A stretch of 64,000 nucleotides of DNA from an uncultured Planctomycetaceae bacterium (GCA_963815195.1 CAWFGE010000018.1:192001-256000), one strand, 5' to 3'. Positions 31,425 to 43,352 are shown, numbered from the stretch's first letter. Numbers and translations: made by a program. The notes: generated by a model from the letters alone, not told the origin.

Positions 31425-32678
31425 ATGCGGCTCCAACGATCTCGAATCCACATCCGGCCGATTCGTGCCGCCGGTTTGGTTTGTCTTGCGATCGGCATCG
31501 GGTGGAGTTTGTTCTCCGTGGGATGGGCTGATGATTCGCCGGCCTCCGGGATCTGGTTTGAGAAGCAGCAACTCACCGACAAGTATTATTGCGACGGCAT
31601 CGCCGTGGGCGACATCGACAAGGATGGACGCCTCGATGTCGTCGCAGGGCCGTTCTGGTACAGCGGGCCGGACTTCAACAAGGCGAAGGCGTTTTATCCG
31701 CCGGTCGCGTTGGAACCGGCCAAAAGCCCGTCGGACAGCATGTTTTCGCTGGTTCACGATTTCAACGGCGACGGCTGGCTCGACATTCTGGTGCTCGGCC
31801 GGGTGCATGTCCACAAAGCCTATTGGTACGAAAACCCCGGCCCGCCGGGCAAGGATCTTTGGAAGAAACATTTCGTCGCGGACCGTGTGAAAGGCGAATC
31901 GCCGCTGCTCGCGGACATCACCGGCGACGGCCGGGCGGAACTCATCACCCACGATGAACGCCGATGGGGCTGGCTGGAACCGGATGCGAACCAGCCGACA
32001 AAGCCCTGGAAGTTCGTCGCCGTCACAAAGCCCGGCACGTGGAATCAATGGTATCACGGCGAAGGCGTGGGGGATGTCAACGGCGACGGGCGGCTCGATT
32101 TGGTCTTGAACGACGGTTGGTGGGAGCAGCCGGCGAATGCGAAAGACACGCCTTGGAAAGAGCACAAGGTCCGCTTCTCCAAAGGCCGGGGCGGAGCGCA
32201 GATGTTCGTCCAGGATCTCAATGGTGACGGGAAAAATGACATCATCACCAGCCTCGACGCCCACGGCTGGGGGCTGGCGTGGTTTGCGCAAGAGTCCCCC
32301 GCGAAATTCCGCGAGCATAAAATCATGGGCGACCGTTCGGAATTGGCGAAGTATCAAGTCGCCTTCACGCAGCCGCACGCCTTGGAGCTTGCGGACATCG
32401 ACGGGGACGGTTTGAAAGACATCATCACCGGCAAACGCCGCTGGGCGCACGGCCCCAAAGGCGACATCGAACCGGATGCCGACCCCGTCGTGTATTGGTT
32501 TCGGCAAGTCCAAACGCCCGGCCGGGGCACGGAGTTTCTGCCGGTTCTGATTGATGAGACGTCCGGCGTGGGCGTGCAAATTGCCGTGGCGGACGTCGAC
32601 GGCGACGGTTTGCCCGATGTGCTGACCACGTCGAAGCTCGGCACGTTTGTGTTTCATCAGCGAAGACAAAAACCTTGA
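31425..32678 (+). CDS. Secreted FG-GAP/VCBS repeat protein
   Basis: Seven DxxxDG repeats (DIDKDGRLD, DFNGDGWLD, DITGDG, DVNGDG, DLNGDG, DIDGDG, DVDGDG). Confidence 0.9.
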   Translation: MRLQRSRIHIRPIRAAGLVCLAIGIGWSLFSVGWADDSPASGIWFEKQQLTDKYYCDGIAVGDIDKDGRLDVVAGPFWYSGPDFNKAKAFYPPVALEPAKSPSDSMFSLVHDFNGDGWLDILVLGRVHVHKAYWYENPGPPGKDLWKKHFVADRVKGESPLLADITGDGRAELITHDERRWGWLEPDANQPTKPWKFVAVTKPGTWNQWYHGEGVGDVNGDGRLDLVLNDGWWEQPANAKDTPWKEHKVRFSKGRGGAQMFVQDLNGDGKNDIITSLDAHGWGLAWFAQESPAKFREHKIMGDRSELAKYQVAFTQPHALELADIDGDGLKDIITGKRRWAHGPKGDIEPDADPVVYWFRQVQTPGRGTEFLPVLIDETSGVGVQIAVADVDGDGLPDVLTTSKLGTFVFHQRRQKP

Positions 32679-32742
32679 CGCGGATTTTTCTAAAGTTCTC
32701 GCGGACGTGTTCCGGAGTTCTTCAGGATGAGGAGATCGAGGA

Positions 32743-34887
32743 GTGATTATGACTTATCGACTGATCGGCTTGGGGCTATTGGTGGGACTTTTGGGCCTGG
32801 GCTGCGGCGGCGAAGAAAAAGAGGCGAAAGGACCAACCGACCCCCTCGCCGGGAATTGGCTGCTCATGATGAGCAAGGACTTCCCGCAGGAAGGCTTCCA
32901 CGATGTGACCACCGTGATGCTTTCCATCCAAAAGAACGACGGGAAATACACGGCCAGCCTCAAGGGCAGCAAACCGGCGCTGCCGGGCGCGAAGCTCAAA
33001 TCGTATGAGATCAAAAACGATCGGGTGCACCTCGTGTTGGTCAGCGGGGAATACGCGCTCGATTTTGTGGGAAAGCCCCAGGGCAAAACGATTCCGGGAA
33101 ATGTCGACTACGGCCGTTTGAACATCGAACCCGCCCGGCTGGTCCGTAGCTCGGCGAGCGACATCGACCAAGCGCCGCCGTTTGCGATGCCGGACGCCCG
33201 CGCCGAATTCGAAAAATTCCTGAGCAAGATCAGCGAGGAAAATGCCGGTTCGGCCTCCCCTGACAATCGGTTCTCGGACTTTCAGAAGTTCTGCGACGAG
33301 CATCCCCAAAGCCCCATTTCGGTGCTTGTGTATCACAAGCTTGCGGAGGCCCTTCCGCAAAAAGCGGCGTCCGAAGCCGACGTCAAGAAGTTTGCCGACG
33401 GCTATTTGAAGGCGTCGGCCCACTGGGGAAGCCGGATGGTCGTTCTGGCGAACTACAATCTGAGCGAGAACCTGGGCACGAAACCCAAGTTCGCCGGTGT
33501 CAGCCTGGAGTTTCTCAAAAAAGCCGAGGACCAACTGGCCCCGGCGGACCGCACCCGCCTCCAAGCGCTGTTCGACGGCGTCCGCCGGTATGTGGATCAA
33601 ATGCAAGCCCGCGAACAGGCGAAAGCGATCCGGGCGACGGTGGCAAAGGGCAATGGTGAAGACGGCCTCGAGACGCTGAGAAAACTCCACGAGAAATTTC
33701 CGTTCGATCCGGTGTTGATGTTTTATCACGCCGAGGCCGCCCGCGCGACGGACCACGTCGATGAGGCCCTCCGGTCCTATGCCCGAATCTCCACCTGGCC
33801 GTCGGTCGAGCAGAAACTGACGCAGGAAGACGCCTGGCTGACGGGCGACCGCGAACTGCCCCGCAACCGACTGCTGGAACTGTGGGTCAAACAGCACGGC
33901 AGCGAGGCCGGCTTGGACGACTTCAAGCAGAAAGTCTACGCGGAGGCGACGACGTTGATCGCCGAGCAAATCGGCCATCCCAAAACGCCGCCCGCGGGAA
34001 ACCGCGTCAGCGTGATGGAACTCTTCACCGGGGCGCAGTGCCCGCCCTGCGTGGGAGCGGACCTCGCGACCGCGGCACTCGAGCACTTGTATCCGAAATC
34101 CCATCTGATCGTGCTCCGCTATCACGTGCACATTCCCGCCTTTGACCCCATGACCAACGGCGAAAACTTCGGCCGGTTTGCAGCACTGCTCGGCCCGGAG
34201 GCCCAAGACCAGATGGGGACGCCGACGCTGTTTCTCAACGGGGCCAGGCCTCCGGTGAGCGTGGCGGGATATATCAACCAGGCCACCCGCATCGGCAAGG
34301 AGCTTAATGACTCGGTCCGCCCGGCAATGGACGATCACACGCCGCTTGACTTGAAGCTCTCCGCCTACCAAAACGGCGGTGAGATCACCGTCTCCGCCAA
34401 ACTCGATGGCGTTCCGGAAAACCAGTCCAACAAACTGCGGGTGCTGCTGTTGTTGGCGGAAGGCGATGTGAAGTTCCCCGCCCCCAATGGAATTCTCCGC
34501 CACGAAATGCTGGTGCGCTGGCTGTACAACGGCGAGAAAGGATCCGTGCTGAACACTCCGGCGGGTTTCGACTTCACGACGACGACCCGCGTCACGGACA
34601 TCCGCGAGTTTCTCAAAAACTACTTGAAAAAGGACGCCGACGAAAAACAGCAGATTCCGCTCGCGCTCGAAGGGCTGTATCTCGTGGGCTTTGTGCACAA
34701 CGCGGAAACCCGCGAAATCCTGCAAGCCGCGAGCGTCCCCGTCGAAGTCGTGGAACGAACGGACGGGCCGCCGCCGGTCTCGACGAAGCCCGGCCCCGGC
34801 CCCACGCTGCTGCCCCCGTCCTCCGCTCCCAACCCGGCCAAGGCCGAAAAGCCCGCTCCGCCGATCGATCGGGAAAAGGGGCAATAG
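32743..34887 (+). CDS. Lipoprotein with a helical/TPR-like region and a C-terminal thioredoxin-like (Omp28-like) domain
   Basis: Lipobox LGC; VMELFTGAQCPPC..LRYHVHIP..GTPTLFLNG. Confidence 0.75.
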   Translation: MIMTYRLIGLGLLVGLLGLGCGGEEKEAKGPTDPLAGNWLLMMSKDFPQEGFHDVTTVMLSIQKNDGKYTASLKGSKPALPGAKLKSYEIKNDRVHLVLVSGEYALDFVGKPQGKTIPGNVDYGRLNIEPARLVRSSASDIDQAPPFAMPDARAEFEKFLSKISEENAGSASPDNRFSDFQKFCDEHPQSPISVLVYHKLAEALPQKAASEADVKKFADGYLKASAHWGSRMVVLANYNLSENLGTKPKFAGVSLEFLKKAEDQLAPADRTRLQALFDGVRRYVDQMQAREQAKAIRATVAKGNGEDGLETLRKLHEKFPFDPVLMFYHAEAARATDHVDEALRSYARISTWPSVEQKLTQEDAWLTGDRELPRNRLLELWVKQHGSEAGLDDFKQKVYAEATTLIAEQIGHPKTPPAGNRVSVMELFTGAQCPPCVGADLATAALEHLYPKSHLIVLRYHVHIPAFDPMTNGENFGRFAALLGPEAQDQMGTPTLFLNGARPPVSVAGYINQATRIGKELNDSVRPAMDDHTPLDLKLSAYQNGGEITVSAKLDGVPENQSNKLRVLLLLAEGDVKFPAPNGILRHEMLVRWLYNGEKGSVLNTPAGFDFTTTTRVTDIREFLKNYLKKDADEKQQIPLALEGLYLVGFVHNAETREILQAASVPVEVVERTDGPPPVSTKPGPGPTLLPPSSAPNPAKAEKPAPPIDREKGQ

Positions 34888-35036
34888 GCGGCCAAGTCAC
34901 ATGTCCTGGTTCCGGCGCGCTCCGACTGGGCGACTTGTGCCGATGCGCTGGGGTTCGGATTAGTGAACGCCACGCCTTGCCGCCGATTTTTTCCGGCGAG
35001 CCGAGAAAAATCCTGGAGATCTCCTCCAAGAAACTC

Positions 35037-35088
35037 TTGAACCAGAGGCCGGTTCATTCGTATGATAGGAAATTCCTTAGCAGGCTAA
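35037..35088 (+). promoter_or_regulatory. sigma70 promoter with an adjacent SlyA/MarR-type operator
   Basis: TTGAAC-18 nt-TATGAT; palindrome TTAGCAGGCTAA at 35077-35088. Confidence 0.65.
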
Positions 35089-35112
35089 CGAACTTTGTGA
35101 GACACTGTTTCT

Positions 35113-35613
35113 ATGTTGGCTTATGATTTTGATGAAAGCGTTGGGTATTGGGTGGGGATGACCTCGCATGCCATCCGCCGGGCCGTGGATGCGGAACTGG
35201 CCAAGGAGAACATCACCCTGCGGCAGTTCGAGGTTCTGGCCTGGATTGCCCTGGAGGGTGAGCCGTCGCAGGTGGAGTTGGCGGAGCGCCTGGGGATCGA
35301 AGCCCCGACGCTTGCGGGGATTTTGACCCGCATGGAACGCGACGGCTGGCTGGAGCGCTACGGTTGCCCCGAAGACCGCCGCCGCAAGCGCATCCGGGCC
35401 ACGCCCAAGGCGGAAGCGGTGTGGGCGCGGATGACCGATTGCAGCCGGCGGGTCCGCGCGAAAGCGACCCTAGGCATTTCCGCTGAGGATTTGGCGTCTT
35501 TCAAGCAGATTTGTGGAAAGCTCCGCACGAATTTGGAACCGGATGCCGAAGGCGGGTGTCCCTCCAAGGTGAAGCTGGAGCCTTCCAAACAAAAACTTCC
35601 CGTGGGTCAGTAG
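35113..35613 (+). CDS. MarR/SlyA family regulator
   Basis: ITLRQFEVL, SQVELAERLGIEAPTL..MERDGWLER..EDRRRKRI. Confidence 0.93.
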   Translation: MLAYDFDESVGYWVGMTSHAIRRAVDAELAKENITLRQFEVLAWIALEGEPSQVELAERLGIEAPTLAGILTRMERDGWLERYGCPEDRRRKRIRATPKAEAVWARMTDCSRRVRAKATLGISAEDLASFKQICGKLRTNLEPDAEGGCPSKVKLEPSKQKLPVGQ

Positions 35614-35638
35614 ACATTTATTATTATTGAGGGAATCG

Positions 35639-37150
35639 ATGAGATTTCGACAAATCGCACCCCGTTCGCGGCAAATCCTGAAATGGGCCGGATGTTTGGC
35701 CGGGATGTTCTTGGCGGTGACCATGCTGGCCGGTTGCGGGGGCGAGAAAGCCGCGGCCCAAGGCAAAAAAGACGGTCCCCCGGCGTTGGTGCGGGTGGCC
35801 CAGCTTAAACAAAAGCCGATCTCGCGGAAGATCATCGTGGTGGGCAACGTCACGCCCGTGCGGACGAGCGTGGTGGCTTCGGGAGCCAACGGCGTGGTGA
35901 AATTCCTCCATGACGCTCCCCGGGAAGACGACGAGGGCACTCCAGTGAGCCCGTCGGATGCGCTGGCTCTGCCGGAAGTGGAACAAGGCCAGTTCGTGAC
36001 CGAAGGGACCGTGCTTTCGGTCCTGCGAATGGAGACCGCCAACAGCGAAGTGGACCAGGCGGAAGCATTGTTGGAAGAGCGGAAAGCGAACTTCATGGCC
36101 ACGAAAGACACGCACCCGGCAGATGTCGCGCACGCGGAAGCCATGATAAAAATGGCGCAGGCGGTGGAATCCAACGCCCGCACCAAATTCAACCGCGCCC
36201 AAAACCTGTATTCTCGCGGGGCGGCGACGGACGCCGAGTTTGAAGACGCCCGGGAACGATTGACCGCGGCGAGCGAAGCCCTCGTTGCGGCCGAAAAGAA
36301 ATGGGCCAGCGTTAAGGGAGGACAGGAAATCGAGCAGGCCAAGGCCAGCCGGGACGCCCAGGCCGCCCAGGTCAAATATCTGACAACCGAGCGGGACAAG
36401 CGCACGACGAAAGCTCCCTTTGATGGATTCATCGTGGAGATGCACACCTACAAAGGGCAATGGCTGTCCAAAGGCGACCCCGTCGCGACGCTGGCGAAAA
36501 TGGACGAAGTGGACGTGATTGTCAACGTCGACCAGGCGGATTTGCCTTATGTGCGGTTCGGGCAGACGGCCCAGGTCATGGTGGAAGGGGCGGTCACGGC
36601 CAAGGGTGAGCCGAAGACCGAGTGGACGGGAGAGATCGTGCACATCGTTCCGCAAAGCGATTGGGAGCACGGGTCGCGGGGGTTTCCCGTGGTGGTGCGG
36701 ATTCACAACAAGATCGACGACGCCCCCGGAGCCGGGACCGACGCGACCCGCAAGATTCCCGTGCTCAAAGCGGGCATGCTCGCGACGGTGACGATCCTCG
36801 CCCCCGAGGTGGAAACGCTCTTGGCGCATAAAGACGCCCTGGTGCGATCGACTGAGGGCAATGCGCTGTTTCTCTTTGAGCCGAAGGACAAAACCGCCCA
36901 GCTCGATCCCAACAAACCCACGATGGGAGCCGTCCGCCAGATTTGGGTTGAACCCGATCTCGGGCTGAGCGAAGGCGAATACATCGGGATTCGCCCGGCG
37001 AGCGGACAGCCGGGCGGTCAGAATCCCTTCAAAGCCGGGCAATGGGTCGTGACGGAAGGCGGGGAGCGTTTGCGTCCCATCCAAGACAACGTCAACGCCC
37101 TCCGCCGAATCGATCCGAGCAGCGAAACCGGCGGCGATCAACCCGACTGA
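35639..37150 (+). CDS. RND efflux periplasmic adaptor (membrane fusion protein)
   Basis: Lipobox LAGC, lipoyl halves, alpha-hairpin, KAPFDG, LKAGM, VVTEGGERL. Confidence 0.9.
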   Translation: MRFRQIAPRSRQILKWAGCLAGMFLAVTMLAGCGGEKAAAQGKKDGPPALVRVAQLKQKPISRKIIVVGNVTPVRTSVVASGANGVVKFLHDAPREDDEGTPVSPSDALALPEVEQGQFVTEGTVLSVLRMETANSEVDQAEALLEERKANFMATKDTHPADVAHAEAMIKMAQAVESNARTKFNRAQNLYSRGAATDAEFEDARERLTAASEALVAAEKKWASVKGGQEIEQAKASRDAQAAQVKYLTTERDKRTTKAPFDGFIVEMHTYKGQWLSKGDPVATLAKMDEVDVIVNVDQADLPYVRFGQTAQVMVEGAVTAKGEPKTEWTGEIVHIVPQSDWEHGSRGFPVVVRIHNKIDDAPGAGTDATRKIPVLKAGMLATVTILAPEVETLLAHKDALVRSTEGNALFLFEPKDKTAQLDPNKPTMGAVRQIWVEPDLGLSEGEYIGIRPASGQPGGQNPFKAGQWVVTEGGERLRPIQDNVNALRRIDPSSETGGDQPD

Positions 37151-37218
37151 GACCCGCGGCCGTGTTCGCTTTCGGAAACTCCAACAGGCACATAAGTCTT
37201 TCGTCATAAAGGCGAGCC

Positions 37219-40200
37219 ATGAATCTCATTCGATTTTCCATTCAGAACCCCGTGAAGGTGGCCGTCGCCGTCATCATGTCGGTGATGTTCGGTTTGATTG
37301 CGTATTTCGGGACGCCGGTGCAGCTCACCCCCGACGTGGAAGAACCGGAAATCACCGTCACCACCCGTTGGCCGGGCGCGAGTGCCCAGGAAATCGAACG
37401 CGAAATCATCGAGGAGCAGGAATCCCACTCAAAAGCGTGGAAGGACTCCGGGAGTTCAAAAGCGAAAGCTCCGACTCCACCGGGACGATCACCCTGGAGT
37501 TCGCCGTCGGGACCGACCTGGGGGAAGCGGCGGCCCGCGTGCGGGACAAGCTGAACCAGGTGCCCGCATATCCCGAGGACGCCGACGAACCGGTGATTAC
37601 CACCGTCAATCCGAACGCCAACGCGATCGCCTGGTTCATGCTCAAGCCGCTGACGCCGACGACAGAGGAACTGGAGGCGACGGTCCGGCAGTATCCGCAT
37701 CTCAAGCCGGTGCTCGCGGACATGATCTCGGGCAAAAAGACGATCACGATCTCGGGCATGGAACGGCTGGCCAGAAAGCATCCCGAGCTGCTTCCGCTGG
37801 CCCGCGGCAAGAACGCTCCCTCCAAGATGCGCAAGTTCGCCGAGGACAAGATCGAAGCCCGCTTCGAGCGCGTGAAGGGCATTGCGAACTCCAACGTGCT
37901 CGGCGGCCGGGAACTGGAATTCCGCATAGTCGTCAATCCTTCCAAGCTGGCCAGCTACAAAGTGACCATCGACGACTTGCATACCGCCCTTAGAAATCAA
38001 AACAAAAACACCTCCGGCGGCGACATTCGCGAAGGCAAAAACAAAAACGTCGTCCGCACCATCGGGCAATACGATTCCCCCCAAGAAGTGCTCGAGACCA
38101 TTATCGCCCAGAGGGACAATTCGCCTGTCCGTGTGGGGGACGTGGCGACCGTGGGCGTGGATTACAAAAAATCCGAAGGCATCGTTCGGCAGCAGGGCGT
38201 CAATTCGCTCGCAGTCAACTGCCAGCAAACCCCCGGCACGAATCTGGTCGAAGTCATGGGGCCGACGTACCAACAACTCGACATGGACGGCGACGGCGAG
38301 ATCACGCAACTCGAACTCACCCAGGCCGAGCGGCTGTGGGGCGATTCGCTTCGCATTGCCTGCGCGGAACTCAACGCGGGCATCCTCAAGCAAATGGGAC
38401 TCCAGCTCGAACAGGTTTACGATCAGACCGATTACCTCAACTCGGCGACGGCCCTGGTGGAGAACAACATTTTCGTCGGCGGGGCGCTGGCGATTTTTGT
38501 GCTGCTGTTGTTTCTCCGCAGCCCGCGGTCGGTCGTGATCGTCGGGCTGTCCATTCCGATCAGCGTGATTGCCACGTTCTTGTTCGTGAAGGCCTTCGGC
38601 CGCAGCATCAACGTGATCAGCCTCGCGGGGATGGCGTTCGCCGTGGGCATGGTCGTGGACAACGCCATCGTCGTTTTGGAAAACATCTTTCGGCATTATC
38701 AAATGGGCAAAGACCCGGACACCGCGGCGACCAAAGGCGCGACAGAGGTTTGGGGGGCGGTGTTGGCTTCGACTTTGACCACGCTCGCCGTGTTCGTGCC
38801 GGTGATTTTCGTCGAAGGCCAGGCCGGTCAGCTTTTCCGCGACATTGCGATCGCGATCAGCTGCGCGGTCGGGCTGTCCTTGATCGTATCGATCACCGTG
38901 ATCCCCACCGCCGCCCGCCGGATTCTCAAAGAGCACACGTCGGGCGATCCGATCCCCGACAACGCCCCAACCAACGGCCAAAACGGCCACCGCCTGGAAC
39001 CGACCTGGAAACGCCATTTGAAAACCGGCATCGGCGGCGCGGTGAGCTTCGGACAGAAGATCACGGACTTGTTCGCCGCTTCGATCTACCGCCTGCAGAC
39101 GATGCCGGGCAATTTTTTGATTCGGGTGGCGGTCGTGGTGGTGTTCGTGGTGGGGTCGATTCTGGGAGCGATCGCTTTGGCGCCGGCGACGGAATACCTG
39201 CCCGACGGGAACCGCAACCTGGTGATCGCCATCATGAAGCCGCCGCCAGGCTACAACGTGGAGCAAATGATCCGCCTGGGCGAATCCATCGAGCCGGACC
39301 TCGCCAAGTATTGGGAAGCCGAACCCGGTTCCCCGGAAGAAAAGGCCTTGGACGGGCCACGGATCGAGAACTTCTTCTTCGTGGCCCGGGGGACGCGGCT
39401 GTTCATGGGAGCCCGAGCGGCCGATCCGCTTCGGGCGGGCGAGTTGGTGCCGATCATCAATAACGCGGCCCGCAAGGTGCCCGGCGTGTTCGCGTTCGCG
39501 ACGCAGGCCAGCCTGTTTGAAAGCGCGATCTCCGGCGGCCGGTCCATCGACATTGAAATCACCGGCCCCGATTTGGAAACCTTGGTGAACGAAACCCAAT
39601 TCGCGATGGGCATGTTGATGAAGGAATTTCCCTTGGCCGATGGGAACCAGCTCCAGCCCACGCCGAACCCGTCGCTGTCCAGTCCCGAATTGCACGTGAC
39701 GCCTCTGCGGGAAAAAGCCGCCGAGCAAGGCGTCAGCGCCAGCGGTCTGGGCTATGCCGTGAACGCACTTGTGGATGGAGCCTACGCCGGCGACTACTGG
39801 CACGAAGGCGAAAAGATCGACCTGGTGATTTACGGGTCCGATGAATACTCCCGGCACACGCACGATGTCGCTTCTCTGCCGATCGCCACGCCGCAAGGCA
39901 ATGTCGTGCCGATCTCGGCGGTGGCGGATGTCGCCCTAACCCGCGGCCCGGAAGCGATCCATCACAGCGAACGCGTGCGGACGTATACATTGCAACTCAA
40001 ACCCAGCCCGGCGATTCCCCTGGAAACGGCCCTCCAAACCGTCAATGAAAAAATCCGCGGGCCAATGCTCGAGCGCCCCGCGTTTCGCAGCGGGATGTAC
40101 CACATCCGCCTTGCCGGGACCGCCGACAAACTCGAAGAAACCCGGCTGGCTTTGCAGTGGAACCTCGCCCTGGCCATGATCATCACGTACCTGTTGATGT

Positions 40201-40862
40201 CGGCCCTGTTCGAGTCGTTCTTCTATCCGCTGATCATTATGACGAGCGTGTGCCTCGCGATGGTGGGCGGCTTCGGAGGATTGGCCCTCTTGAACGCCTT
40301 CACCCCGCAGGCCCTGGACATGCTCACCATGCTGGGCTTCGTCATTCTGATCGGGACCGTGGTCAATAACGCGATTCTGATCGTGCACCAGGCGCTCAAC
40401 TATATGCGGGAAGAAGGCTGGGACGAAAAACGGGCGGTAACCGAAAGCGTCCGCACCCGCATCCGTCCGATCTTTATGACCACAATGACCACCGTGCTCG
40501 GCATGCTGCCCTTGGTCCTGCCCGTGCCCACTTGGGGGCCCGACGGATTGATGTGGGTCTCGGGGGCCGGCAGCGAACTTTATCGCGGCTTGGGCAGCGT
40601 GGTGTTGGGCGGCCTGATCGTCTCCACGATGTTCACGCTGATCTTGATCCCGGTCGGCTTCAGCCTGGCGATCGATCTCAAACGGTTCCTCTCCGGCATC
40701 ATCGGCCTGAAGCCCGCAGAACCCGCCCCGGCGATGGCCGCGGAATCCCCCGCCTACAGCAGCCGCGAAATCGCTGCCCCCCACGCAACCGCCGCCGGCT
40801 CTCACCGCGAACCCGAAGCCGAACCGGTGAGCGAGTTCACCCCCACAGACCACGTCCCGTGA
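37219..40862 (+). CDS. RND efflux permease (AcrB family), frameshift near 37428
   Basis: TRWPGASAQEIE, GMVVDNAIVVLENI, GTVVNNAIL, RIRPIFMTT. Confidence 0.93.
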
Positions 40863-40961
40863 ACGAAGGATTCTTCCGTAGCGGCTTCCAGCCGCCGAGA
40901 TCGATCTCCGGCGGCAAGATGCCGCTACGGTTCAGCCAGACTTTTCGGCCCCTCTTCCGCC

Positions 40962-42387
40962 TTACGCTTGCGGTTCGGTCATCTTGTACGGATCGAGCGC
41001 ATCGTTCAGCACATCTTCGGGAAGAATCTTCTGCTCCTGGCAAAGTTCACGGATGGTCTTGCCGGTCTTGAAGGCTTCTTTCGCGAGCGCTGCGGCTTTT
41101 TCGTAGCCAATGTGCGGATTCAAACTCGTCACCATCGACAGACTTTGCTCCACCGCGGCTTCGCAGGCTTCTTCGTTGGCCTCGATCGACTTGGCACAGA
41201 GATCGACGAAAGCATCGGTCGCTTTGGATAGCAGCATCACGCTTTCCAAGACCGTCTGAGCCATCATGGGCATCATGATGTTGAGCTGGAAATTCCCGCC
41301 CGCCGCCCCCGCGACGGCGATCGCCTGGTCGTTGCCCATCACGCGGGCGCAAACCTGCAGCATGCTTTCGCAAAGCACCGGGTTGACCTTGCCCGGCATG
41401 ATCGAGACTGCCGGGCTGCAGATCCGGAATCTTAATTTCATAAAACCCGCACCTGGGCCCCGAACCCAACCAGCGGATGTTGTTCGCCACGTTGAACAAG
41501 GTCGAAGCAATCGCCTTGAGATCGCCGTGACATTCCACGAGCCCATCGCGCTGGGCGTTGGCTTCGAAATGGTTCTTGGCTTCCACAAACCCGATGCCGG
41601 TTTCCTGGGCGAGCACCTTCGCGACCCGGCCGCCGAATTCGGGATGCGTGTTGATCCCCGACCCCACCGCGGTCCCGCCCACGGGCAGTTCCAAGACGGC
41701 ATCCCGCGCCCGCTCGGCCCGCTGGACCGAAAGCTCGATCTGCCGGGCAAACCCGCCGAACTCCTGGCCGAGCCTAAGCGGCGTGGCATCGGCGAGATGC
41801 GTGCGGCCGATCTTGATGATCTTATCCCAAGCCGTCGCCTTCTCGCGGAGCGTTTGCTCGAAGGACTTGAGAGCCGGGATGAGCTTCTTTGTAATCTCTT
41901 GGGCGACCGCGACGTGGATCGCGGTGGGAAAGGTGTCGTTCGTGCTTTGCCCCATGTTGACGTGGTCGTTGGGATGCACGGGCTTGGTCGCGGCGAAGCG
42001 GTCGCCTCCCAAAAGTTCGATCGCCCGGTTGGAAATGACTTCGTTCACGTTCATGTTGCTCGACGTGCCCGAGCCGGTCTGGAACACATCGATCGGAAAC
42101 TGATCGTCCCAGTCCCCCGCGGCCACCTCCCGGCAGGCTTTGAGCATGGCTTCGACCTGTCCGTCACTGAGCGGATTTTTCCCGCTGCCGGTGAGCTTGC
42201 CCAGATCGCGGTTCGCCGTCCCGCAGGCGAACTTGACGAGCCCCATCGCATGAATCAGCGCGGGCGGCAACGTCATCCCGGAGATGGGAAAATTCTCGAC
42301 GGCCCGCTGCGTCTGCGAAGCATAATACGCCTGAGCCGGCACCTGCACTTCACCCATCGAATCCCGTTCCGTGCGAAACTCACTCAT
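40962..42387 (-). CDS. fumC: Class II fumarate hydratase, frameshift near 41408
   Basis: RTERDSMG, QTGSGTSSNMN, HPNDHVN..QSTND, KIGRTHLADA, (GS)SIMPGKVNP. Confidence 0.95.
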
Positions 42388-42519
42388 TGCAATATCCTTA
42401 AGATTTAACCACGAAACACACGAAAAAAGGCAGAGAAAAGATTCCCAGCATAGCCATCCGGCTCAGACGAATCCTGGATCAGGGGAAGAAGAGATGATTA
42501 CAACCGTCATGGTCCTATT

Positions 42520-42903
42520 TTATTTCTTGGGAGATGCAAATATTCTTAATTGAGATTGAAGGGCATCAATAATAGTTTTGTCTGAGGTGGGACTTATGGA
42601 TTCTGCATTTTCGAATACGTCAGGATCAAGAACAATCGCGTCTCTCAATTGGCACCCCGACAGCCTTTTGTATTCTAGATTTGCCAGATTAACGTCATCT
42701 TGTCTGACCCCGAACTCCCATCGCGGGTTACTCCACTCGTCACCGATAACCAAGCGTTCAAATTGCATATCCCCACAAATAAAATCCTCAGTGAAGTCCC
42801 AGTGGAGACAGCTTACGATCAGAACGGATCGATGAAGGTACAAAAACCGATTGCCGGGGTAACTTTCGATCATGCTTTTGACTCGGCGAATGATTTCGTT
42901 CAC
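42520..42903 (-). CDS. Orphan hypothetical protein
   Basis: 127-aa ORF, AT-rich, no recognisable motif. Confidence 0.5.
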   Translation of the reverse strand: MNEIIRRVKSMIESYPGNRFLYLHRSVLIVSCLHWDFTEDFICGDMQFERLVIGDEWSNPRWEFGVRQDDVNLANLEYKRLSGCQLRDAIVLDPDVFENAESISPTSDKTIIDALQSQLRIFASPKK

Positions 42904-42974
42904 AATTGTTTCCGCATCCCTGGGTCAACCGGTCAAGCTTTTCGTGTGTTTGGTGTGTTTCGTGGTTCTAAAAT

Positions 42975-43352
42975 TCAACGGACGATGCGTTCGGATTCGA
43001 CCTTTGGGTAATGGCCGAAATTGACGAGCAACCCTAGTCTGTATCCCGTGCTTTTCAAATAGTTGTGGACTTGAGCGCGGTGTTCTTCGGCAAGTTGTTT
43101 CAGTGCTTTGATTTCAAGAATGACCTTTTCGAAGCAGATAAAGTCGGGAACATATTTCTGCTCCAGTACTCGGCCTTTGTATTTGAGATCAAGAGGTTGC
43201 TGAGCTCGAATGGGGATTCCTCTGCTCGCGAATTCCATTTGCAGACACTCTTGATAAACGGCTTCCAGAAATCCGCAACCCATTTCCGTATACACCTCAA
43301 AACAAGCCCCCATAATCTGGTAGCTCTCATTTTTTAGTGCAACCTCCGCCAT
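42975..43352 (-). CDS. GxxExxY protein (PD-(D/E)XK nuclease superfamily)
   Basis: MGCGFLEAVYQECL, YVPDFIC..ILEIKA, QVHNYLK..GLLVNFG. Confidence 0.93.
   Translation of the reverse strand: MAEVALKNESYQIMGACFEVYTEMGCGFLEAVYQECLQMEFASRGIPIRAQQPLDLKYKGRVLEQKYVPDFICFEKVILEIKALKQLAEEHRAQVHNYLKSTGYRLGLLVNFGHYPKVESERIVR

Noticed and set aside
32776..34884. Long antisense ORFs (e.g. 702 aa here, 884 aa at 37242..39896, 457 aa at 4042..5415)
   Set aside because: Shadow ORFs typical of high-GC coding DNA opposite well-supported genes
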